Origin: Deltaproteobacteria bacterium
Lineage (GTDB): Bacteria > Desulfobacterota > Deferrimicrobia > Deferrimicrobiales > Deferrimicrobiaceae
DNA length: 64,000 bases
NCBI GenBank assembly: GCA_021815305.1
Contig: JAKAHC010000010.1
Coordinates: 7,997 to 71,996 of the forward strand
Direction of reading: 5' to 3'
The notes under the pieces were generated by a model that was not told the DNA's origin, did not search any database, and worked only from the letters and a program-made list of their open reading frames with translations. Numbering within the stretch: position 1 is the stretch's first letter; each line of letters begins with the position of its first letter. The translations under genes and the position numbers were made by a program. This document shows positions 57,289 to 64,000 of the stretch, one piece after another.

Positions 57289-58103
57289 CGATCCGGGATC
57301 TCCTCCTCATCGGCATTCCCCTTCTTGCCGGTTGGTCGATACTGGGGTACTCCCTTGCGCCCTTTCTTCGGAATCGACCTCGTACCGACGATGTTTCCCT
57401 GTACCGGTCCGCGCACCGGAGGATGGCGGAACGGCTGATCGACGGGAATCTCTTGCCATTCCCGGGAGCGTGCCTTGTGAACTCCCTGCGGCCCTGGATC
57501 GCCGGGGAATCCGCTTTCCTGGCCCTCCTGCTCGCCGGTGTCGGCCTGGACCGAACGGCGTGGGGGTCGGCCCAATGCGTGGTTGCGGGACTCCTCGTCG
57601 GCTCGGCTGTCGCATGGTTCTCCTTCCGCGACGAATCGCGGCGCGCGCTCCTCTCCGTTCAGAGGGACCTCCCCACGGCATCCATTCTCCTTTCCCTCCT
57701 GCTCGAATCCGGAATGGGGGCTTCGTCCGCCCTCCAGGAAGCGACCTCTTCCGTACCGGAGGGACCTCTTGCACGGGAACTTGCCGAACTGGTCCGCGCC
57801 CGATCGATGGGAGTTCCCCGTGCGGAAACGATCGACCGGTCGAAGCGGCGGGTTCCATTGGAAGAGTATCGTCTCTTCCTCAACCACATCCTTCAGGGGG
57901 AACGGCTCGGGATCGGTCTCTCGCGCAGCCTGCGGGAGCTTTCGGGGCGGATGCTGGAGAACCAGGGACACAGGGCGGAAACGATCGCGCAGCAGGCTGG
58001 TGTGAAGATGCTCTTCCCCCTCGTGGTTTTCATCTTCCCGGCCGTTTTCCTCATCATCCTGTCCCCCATCCTTCTGGGGTTGTGGAACCGGGTTTGGGGG
58101 TGA
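57285..58103 (+). CDS. tadC: TadC platform protein
   Basis: DLPTASILL..ESGMG, GERLGIGLS, KMLFPLVVFIFPA. Confidence 0.85.
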   Translation: MTIRDLLLIGIPLLAGWSILGYSLAPFLRNRPRTDDVSLYRSAHRRMAERLIDGNLLPFPGACLVNSLRPWIAGESAFLALLLAGVGLDRTAWGSAQCVVAGLLVGSAVAWFSFRDESRRALLSVQRDLPTASILLSLLLESGMGASSALQEATSSVPEGPLARELAELVRARSMGVPRAETIDRSKRRVPLEEYRLFLNHILQGERLGIGLSRSLRELSGRMLENQGHRAETIAQQAGVKMLFPLVVFIFPAVFLIILSPILLGLWNRVWG

Positions 58104-58107
58104 TCCG

Positions 58108-58416
58108 GTGAATCGCGGGAAGGGATGCGGGATATTTCTCCTCTTGCTGTGCGCGTTTCTTTTTCCCCCGCCCCCGGTTTCCCGAGCGGCGGAGAATCCC
58201 TCCTCGACGGAAACGCATGCCGACCTTGCGGAGGGGAACCGCCTGCTGCTTTCCATGCGCATCGCCCACGCAAAGCGCCACGCGGGCCGGACCTCCTATT
58301 ACAGAAGCCTGACACGACAGTGGAAGACACGAAATCGAAGAAAGGGGAGCGCACGGGCCACAAAAAGGGAGATCCCCCGGATTACCGCAGCCCCGTCTCC
58401 GTCATCGGGACGATGA
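58108..58416 (+). CDS. Small basic hypothetical exported protein
   Basis: Signal-peptide-like N-terminus, directly after tadC, overlapping the convergent kinase gene. Confidence 0.35.
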   Translation: MNRGKGCGIFLLLLCAFLFPPPPVSRAAENPSSTETHADLAEGNRLLLSMRIAHAKRHAGRTSYYRSLTRQWKTRNRRKGSARATKREIPRITAAPSPSSGR

Positions 58417-60157
58417 CCTTGGGGTTGCCTCCCGGCCGAACCACGAGCTTTTCCGTCTTGTCCACGCCGAGCGGTTCGTTCACGAAGCGCAATCGGCGTT
58501 CCCCCACCGGGAGCCGCACCGACCGTAACGGCGTTTCCCCCAGGTACTTCTCCCCCAGATAGACTTTGGCCCACGGGATCGCCTGGATCGCCTCCACCGT
58601 GCCGACCACGGGTTCCAGCTCCGTGCGAAGGGTCGATTCCCGAAAGAGGGCACCGCCGGGGATCGCCATCCGTTCATATCCGTCTCCTTCCAACACGATC
58701 CCCTTTCCTCCCAGGGAAGCGGGATCGATCGAGAGAGGCGTCTTCCCGAGCGTCGCACCGCTCTCCGAAAGCACCGTCGCCCCCGGTGGGTCCGTCTCGA
58801 TCCGTACGGTTCGGGGTTGTGCCTGGGGCATCGCTTCGACGGCAGGGACGGCGGCGCGAACGAAATCCGACGCAGGAGATCGCCTCTCGGACGCGGCAGA
58901 CGCCGGGAGCACGGGGTTCCCGAACCGCGGTACCGACGGTGACGGCTCGGGGTGAGCGCGCTCCACGGCGGGGGTGTCTGCCTCGGCTTTGCCGGGTGCC
59001 GCCGGCACGGCGTTGCCGTCTCCCCGCAGGTCGTGCGGTACAGGATCCTTTGGAGAAAGGGAGAGACCCGGGGCGGGGGGCGCCTGAGGTTCCGCCCCGG
59101 TGTGTTGCCGCACCTCTCTCCAGAGGAAGATCCCGCCGATCGTCATCGCCGCGAACGCCGCGGCGGCTCCCGCCCGGACCTTCCTGGCGCGCATGCCGTA
59201 CCATTCCCGCCGTTCCTGCACCATACCCCCCGGCGGTCCCGGATTCTCCGCCGGAAACCCCGCCGTCTCCTCTTCCGCCGAAGGCGGGAACAGGACGTCC
59301 CAGAAATCCTCCAGCGCGGGGGCGGCCGCCCGGGGAGGGCCGACTTTCGCCAGGTCCTCGAGGAACCGCCCGGCGGACGGGTACCGGTCCTCCGGGGTCC
59401 TCGCGACCGCCCGACGCAACATGTCCGCCGCGCCGGGGGAAACCCCGGGCATTTCCAGGGAGCGCTCGTCGAACCGGAGCACGCGATCCAACGCCTCTTT
59501 CGGCCCGTCGGCATCGAATAGACGGCGCCCCAGAAGAAGCTCCACGGAGATCACCCCCGCGGCGAACCGGTCCGAGGAGTCGGTGGCCTCCTCCCCCCGG
59601 GCCCGTTCGGGGGAAAGATAACCGGACTTCCCCGCACGCAGCCCCGTCGCCCCCCCGTCTTCCCCCATGGCGCGGGACACGCCGAAGTCGGTCAGTTTCA
59701 CCGACCCCGACCTGCCGAGAAGGATGTTTCCGGGGCTCAGATCGCCGTGGACGACATCTTTCCCGTGCAGGTAGGATAGCCCCGCCCACATCCCTTCCAC
59801 CCAGATCCGCCACACGCCCGGAGGGATCGGCGCTCCCTGCTGTCTCGCCTGCATCGCGGCCTGGGCCAGGTTCCACCCTTCCACGTATTCCATCGCGAGA
59901 AAGAGGTCGCTCCCCTCCCTCCCGAAGTCGAAGACCTGGACGACGTTCTGGTGCGAAAGGGACGCGGCGAGGCGAGCTTCCCGGACAAAGAGGTCGCGGA
60001 AGCGGGAGTCCTCCGCGTGGCGGGGATGGATCACCTTCAGTGCGACCCGTTTGCGGAACCCCTCCTCCCCCGTCATGCGGCAGAGGTACACCTCGGCCAT
60101 CCCTCCGGAGGCGATCTTTCGAAGGACACGGTATTTCCCGAAGCGGTCCGGTCCCAT
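58382..60157 (-). CDS. Hanks-type Ser/Thr protein kinase with TM segment and PEGA-like C-terminal domain(s)
   Basis: IASGGMAEVY, VALK, HGDLSPGN, DFG, GYLSPE, TM (AAAAFAAMTIGGIFLW), IETDPPGATV...LGKTPL. Confidence 0.92.
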   Translation of the reverse strand: MGPDRFGKYRVLRKIASGGMAEVYLCRMTGEEGFRKRVALKVIHPRHAEDSRFRDLFVREARLAASLSHQNVVQVFDFGREGSDLFLAMEYVEGWNLAQAAMQARQQGAPIPPGVWRIWVEGMWAGLSYLHGKDVVHGDLSPGNILLGRSGSVKLTDFGVSRAMGEDGGATGLRAGKSGYLSPERARGEEATDSSDRFAAGVISVELLLGRRLFDADGPKEALDRVLRFDERSLEMPGVSPGAADMLRRAVARTPEDRYPSAGRFLEDLAKVGPPRAAAPALEDFWDVLFPPSAEEETAGFPAENPGPPGGMVQERREWYGMRARKVRAGAAAAFAAMTIGGIFLWREVRQHTGAEPQAPPAPGLSLSPKDPVPHDLRGDGNAVPAAPGKAEADTPAVERAHPEPSPSVPRFGNPVLPASAASERRSPASDFVRAAVPAVEAMPQAQPRTVRIETDPPGATVLSESGATLGKTPLSIDPASLGGKGIVLEGDGYERMAIPGGALFRESTLRTELEPVVGTVEAIQAIPWAKVYLGEKYLGETPLRSVRLPVGERRLRFVNEPLGVDKTEKLVVRPGGNPKVIVPMTETGLR

Positions 60158-60164
60158 TCCGCCG

Positions 60165-60409
60165 CTACCGCCTTGGACTTTCCGTCGAGATCCCGAGCAG
60201 TTTCATCTCCCGGTGGATGCGAATGCGGTCCAGCCCCGGCTTCTCCGCCGTGCGGCTGACGTTCCGGTTGTTCTCCCGGAGTTTGCGGCAGGGATACTTC
60301 TTCCCGAAGGCGAGGGGGCCTGCCGGAAATCCCCGATGCCGAACCGCTCCGACTCGAGGAACTTCCCCGGGATGCACGCATCGTCGTAGACCGCAAGGAC
60401 GGTCCGCAC
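60165..60409 (-). pseudogene. Collapsed ntrX-like response regulator remnant
   Basis: MRTVLAVYDD (receiver start), LESERFG (AAA+ ESELFG fragment), DFRQA, a frameshift, then AFGKKY..KLRENNRNVSRTAE..GLDR..IHREMKLLGI (Fis HTH). Lies directly after the ntrY-like kinase. Confidence 0.75.
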
Positions 60410-60418
60410 CGTTTTCCC

Positions 60419-62620
60419 CTACACCTTCCCCTGTCGTCTTGCGGGAAATTCCAGCTCGAAGACGGCCCCGCGCGGCGAGTTGTCCCTCACGCGGACAGTG
60501 CCTCCGTGATCGTTCGCGATCGCGCTGACGATCGCCAGCCCCAGTCCCGTGCCTCCCTCCCTGCGTGAGAAGTACGGCTCGAAGAGGCGGTCCCTGTCCT
60601 CCCTGGGCACTCCGGGCCCGTCGTCCGACACGATCAGCCGCGCCGTCCCTCGGCCCGCATCGTACATGCAGTCGACCTCCACGCTCCCCCGCCCCGCTAC
60701 CGCATGGATGGCGTTCTCCACCAGGTTGGTGACCGCGCGCCGGATCTGCGAGGGGTCGAACCAGACCGGCGGCATCTTCCCTACGCGGAACTCCCACCGG
60801 ATGTCGGGGTGGGCCGCCCGGTAGGTTTCCAGGACCGGCCGCACCTCTTCCGCCAGGTCCCCTTCCGCAAGATGCGGGGTGGGCATCCGGGCGAACCGGG
60901 TGAACTCCTCGACGAGGTGCTTTATCGTGCCGACCTCCGAGAGGATCGCCTGGGTCAGTTCGGCGAACACCGGGTCGTCGCCGTGTTCCGCGGCATATCT
61001 GCGCTGCATGCGCTCGGTGGATAACTGGATGGGCGTCAGGGGGTTCCGGATGTCGTGCGCGATCCGGCGCGCAACCTCCCGCCAGGCAAGGATCCTTTGC
61101 AGGCGCATCGCCTGAGAGAGATCGTCGAATGCGGCGACCAGTCCCATGTACTCCCCCGCCTCGTCCCGGAGGGCGGTGAGGCTCACGCGGAAAGTGATCC
61201 TCTTCCCGGCGACTTCGAGCTCCACCTGGCGTTCGATCTGGCCCCCCGGCGCATCCCCGGCTTGCCGGTAGATCCCGCGGATCGCCTCGTAGTGCTCTTC
61301 CTGGACTACGTCCCGGTACAGGCGGCCGAGGGCATGGTCGGTGGGAATCCCCAGCAGGCGCTCCGCCACCTTGTTGATCATCGCGATGCGGCCGTGGCGG
61401 TCGATGACGATGACCCCCGTGGAGATGTTGTCGAGGATCGTCACGATGAACTGGGTCCTGCGGTGAAGCTCCTCGTAGGTCCGGGTGAGGGACGCGTTCG
61501 TCTCCTCGAGGTTCCGTTTCATCGCCTTGAGGTCGCCGGTCATCCTGTTGAAGGAGGCGACGAGAGTTCCGAACTCGTCCTTGGACTTGTAGTCGAGGGA
61601 GACGTCGAGGTCTCCCTGGGCAACCTTTTCGGTCCCCTCGGCCAGCATCTGGACCGGTACGGTGATCTGCCGGGCCAGGTAGATCCCCATCCAGGAGGCG
61701 GCGAAGACGATGAGGAGCGTGATCAGGATGAGGATCCCTATGTAGCTCGCGCGGATCGGGTCGTCCAGGAGCCGAACCTGGTGGTACTCGTCGTACGCCT
61801 TCGCGATGTTCCGGACCCACTCGACCTCCTCTGGAGGGAGTTCCGTGAGCGCCACCACGTAACCGCCTCCGGTGAGCCGCCGCCACACCGCCGCATACCC
61901 TTCCCCGATGAGGGTCGGGGAGCCGTTCTTCTCCTCCGAATCCTCCATCCCCCTGAGACGGGAAAGGATTTCCGACTCGATCCCCCCGGGGATCTCCCCC
62001 GCCTGCGCGATCGCGGCGCCCCCTTTCACGTACAGCAACGCCGTCGCTTTCGCGCCTTCGGGACGCACCGAAACGAGGATCCGATAGGCGTCGGACTCCC
62101 TCCCGGCCTCCGTAAGCCTCGCCGCGGCATTGTCCGCAAGGGGAAGGAGCGCGACGGCTTCGGCCTCCAGTTGCTTCCTCGCGAGGTCCAGGGCCCCGCT
62201 GAGCGCCTGCCCCACCCGCCCGCCGATCCACGACTTGATGCTCGTAGTCGTGATGTTCGCCGCAGCGATGAACAGCAGGATCGTCGGGATGAGGGAGAAG
62301 GAGATGAAGATCAGAACCAGGCGGGACCGGATCTTGGCGCCCAGGATGTTCCGGCGCCGGTCGAGGATGATCTTGAAGACGTTCCGCGTGACGAGGAAGA
62401 TCAGCAGGACGACGAAGACGACGTTCAGGTTGATCAGGGCGAAGATGACGATGTTGCTCGTGAAGGCGACCGCACCGCCGACGGCCGCCATGTAGGCCTC
62501 GAGGAACGTGAGCAGAACGACGCAGACCGCGACGATGCCGATGGCCCATCGCTCTCTGCGCCTCTTGGTGCGCTCCGCATCCATGCGCGGAGGCGGATTT
62601 TCCCTTGAAGAGGAACTCAT
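60419..62620 (-). CDS. ntrY: NtrY-like sensor histidine kinase (TM, HAMP, PAS, HisKA, HATPase)
   Basis: AWREVARRIAHDIRNPLTPIQLSTER, NLVENA, DDGPG, EPYFSRREGGTGLGLAIV. ATG 62620 overlaps the upstream stop. Confidence 0.88.
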   Translation of the reverse strand: MSSSSRENPPPRMDAERTKRRRERWAIGIVAVCVVLLTFLEAYMAAVGGAVAFTSNIVIFALINLNVVFVVLLIFLVTRNVFKIILDRRRNILGAKIRSRLVLIFISFSLIPTILLFIAAANITTTSIKSWIGGRVGQALSGALDLARKQLEAEAVALLPLADNAAARLTEAGRESDAYRILVSVRPEGAKATALLYVKGGAAIAQAGEIPGGIESEILSRLRGMEDSEEKNGSPTLIGEGYAAVWRRLTGGGYVVALTELPPEEVEWVRNIAKAYDEYHQVRLLDDPIRASYIGILILITLLIVFAASWMGIYLARQITVPVQMLAEGTEKVAQGDLDVSLDYKSKDEFGTLVASFNRMTGDLKAMKRNLEETNASLTRTYEELHRRTQFIVTILDNISTGVIVIDRHGRIAMINKVAERLLGIPTDHALGRLYRDVVQEEHYEAIRGIYRQAGDAPGGQIERQVELEVAGKRITFRVSLTALRDEAGEYMGLVAAFDDLSQAMRLQRILAWREVARRIAHDIRNPLTPIQLSTERMQRRYAAEHGDDPVFAELTQAILSEVGTIKHLVEEFTRFARMPTPHLAEGDLAEEVRPVLETYRAAHPDIRWEFRVGKMPPVWFDPSQIRRAVTNLVENAIHAVAGRGSVEVDCMYDAGRGTARLIVSDDGPGVPREDRDRLFEPYFSRREGGTGLGLAIVSAIANDHGGTVRVRDNSPRGAVFELEFPARRQGKV

Positions 62621-63171
62621 GGCGTCGCCAGGTATCCGCGGGTCCAGTCGGTCTCGACGTCCCACAGCGAGGAGAAGAAGAAGATAGAACGGAGCGGCTC
62701 GGAAAGGCCCACCTTGTCCAGACGGACGCGGACGCGGGCGCGATACGGCTTCCCCTTTTCGACTTCTCCCCGGATGGGGACGCTCACCTCGAAACGGGTC
62801 ATCCGGCCGAGGGCGGCGTGGATGTCCGGCAGGAGTTCGCTGCCGTCGTCGCTGTCCAGCCGGTAGACCCGGGAGAGGGCGTCATACCGTACGGAACGCG
62901 CATACCGGAGTTTCCCCATCGTCTGATTGAACCACCCCCGGTAGACCCGCTCGACCTCGATGGTGATCTTGAAGGTGATCCGGATTCCGCTTTTGAGCGC
63001 TTCGACCATCTCGGGAGGGAACGCGTGGAGGAGTACGAACCGGACCCGCGCTTCCTTGCCCCGGATCGTCCCGGTGATGTCCGTGATCGTTGGGGGTTTC
63101 GGATCGGCGAAAGCACGTCCCGGTGCCGGCAACAGGAGCCACAGCGTGAAAAAAGCCACCAGGACGCGCAC
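62617..63171 (-). CDS. DUF4390 family periplasmic protein
   Basis: Signal peptide, ALKSGIRITF, VRYDALSRVY, FFFSSLWDVETDW. GTG start 63171 with GGAGGT RBS; typical position before ntrY. Confidence 0.8.
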   Translation of the reverse strand: MRVLVAFFTLWLLLPAPGRAFADPKPPTITDITGTIRGKEARVRFVLLHAFPPEMVEALKSGIRITFKITIEVERVYRGWFNQTMGKLRYARSVRYDALSRVYRLDSDDGSELLPDIHAALGRMTRFEVSVPIRGEVEKGKPYRARVRVRLDKVGLSEPLRSIFFFSSLWDVETDWTRGYLATP

Positions 63172-63187
63172 TTCCACCTCCCGGGCC

Positions 63188-63215
63188 ATTATACCCGCAT
63201 GCTGCGGCTACGCAA
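63188..63215 (-). promoter_or_regulatory. Sigma70 promoter of the DUF4390-ntrY operon
   Basis: Minus strand TTGCGT-16 nt-TATAAT. Confidence 0.55.
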
Positions 63216-63242
63216 CAGATGGGGGGGCCGGAGGCCGCAATG

Positions 63243-63458
63243 CTATTTCCGGAACAGCCAAAAAAGAATCGACAGGACGACGCTGAGGACGAGGCTCGTC
63301 ACGATCGGGAAATAGAACGTGAAGTTGTCCCTGCGGATCGTGATGTCGCCGGGGAGCCTCCCCAGCCACGGGACCTTGTCCGCGAACAGGAGCACGACGC
63401 CGATCCCGGCGATCACCAACCCTCCGATGATGAGGAACTTGCCCATCAAGGGGATCAC
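63243..63458 (-). CDS. DUF2905 family small membrane protein
   Basis: LGRLPGDI..FTFYFPIVTSLVLSVVLS signature. Confidence 0.88.
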   Translation of the reverse strand: MIPLMGKFLIIGGLVIAGIGVVLLFADKVPWLGRLPGDITIRRDNFTFYFPIVTSLVLSVVLSILFWLFRK

Positions 63459-63585
63459 GGGGAAGCGTCGGCCTCCTCCGCAAGGAGGCCGGGCGGCACG
63501 GCGCGGCAGGGAAACGCGGCCCGGGTTCCCACGACGAACCGGAAAAGGGACGATGCGGTCCGTCTCATCGAACCCTCCCTTCGGC

Positions 63586-63999
63586 TCACCGGCCCTCTCC
63601 GAACAGATCCTCCTGCCCGGAGCGCGACGGCGGGTTCAGGCCCAGGTGCCGGTAGGCGGCCGGGGTCGCCACCCTCCCCCGGGGAGTCCGCTTGAGGAAA
63701 CCTTGCTGGATAAGGAACGGCTCGTACACGTCCTCGATCGTGTCCCGTTCCTCGCTGACCGAGGCGGAGATCGTCTCCACGCCGACGGGCCCCCCCTGGA
63801 ACTTCTCGAGGATCACGCGCAGGATCTTGCGGTCCATCACGTCGAGCCCCTCGCGGTCCACCTCCATCCGCAGGAGCGCGCTGTCGGCGATTTCGCGGGT
63901 GACGACCCCCTCCCCCAGGACCTGCGCGAAATCACGCACGCGGCGCAGGAGCCGGTTGGCGATCCGGGGCGTCCCCCGCGACCGGCGGGCGATCTCCCG
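63586..63999 (-). CDS. ruvB: Holliday junction branch migration helicase RuvB (C-terminal part; starts beyond the window)
   Basis: [44 protein letters not shown]. Confidence 0.95.
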   Translation of the reverse strand, partial: REIARRSRGTPRIANRLLRRVRDFAQVLGEGVVTREIADSALLRMEVDREGLDVMDRKILRVILEKFQGGPVGVETISASVSEERDTIEDVYEPFLIQQGFLKRTPRGRVATPAAYRHLGLNPPSRSGQEDLFGEGR

Positions 64000-64000
64000 G

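Noticed and set aside
60203-60409. 68-aa ORF as a genuine small protein
   Set aside because: Better explained as the first frame of the ntrX relic.
63172-63189. ATG 63189 as the DUF4390 start
   Set aside because: It overlaps the TATAAT -10; GTG 63171 has a proper RBS and yields a clean signal peptide.
1-64000. tRNA, rRNA, IS or prophage elements, and recoding (Sec/Pyl)
   Set aside because: No cloverleaf, rRNA-like tract, transposase, integrase or in-frame stop within a conserved domain was seen by eye; a covariance-model search would be needed to exclude small RNAs.

Overview
GC-rich bacterial DNA with Deltaproteobacteria-like gene content (taxonomy inferred from gene families, not determined). 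(1) 1-19.8 kb, all minus strand: an uptake and CoA-dependent catabolism island. It encodes MMPL/RND, YCF48-like, DUF1329 and DUF1302 proteins, two PaaK-like ligases, two SCP2-type thiolases, a Zn-ribbon/OB-fold protein, an acyl-CoA dehydrogenase, an OYE-type flavoenzyme, a ferredoxin and a motif-degenerate CaiC-like ligase. A soluble HisKA_3 kinase and NarL/LuxR regulator pair lies at its head. Three promoters in the island share the same upstream box, -35 and 17-bp spacer. (2) 20-32.7 kb, minus strand: an SDR/DUF2867-flavoprotein fusion, a tripartite RND pump, an MFS transporter and glnS-YqeY. (3) 32.9-49 kb, plus strand: a type II secretion operon (gspCDEFGHIJK-X-N-L-M). One secreted protein with a Gly-Cys/TM/basic C-terminal sorting tail lies inside the operon; an orphan lipoprotein and a second such protein follow it. 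(4) 49-60.2 kb: an FHA-sigma54 activator, a -24/-12 promoter, a Tad/Flp pilus operon and a convergent membrane Ser/Thr kinase. (5) 60.2-64 kb, minus strand: ruvB (partial), DUF2905, DUF4390, an intact ntrY-like kinase and a collapsed ntrX pseudogene. No rRNA, tRNA, CRISPR array or mobile element was recognised.
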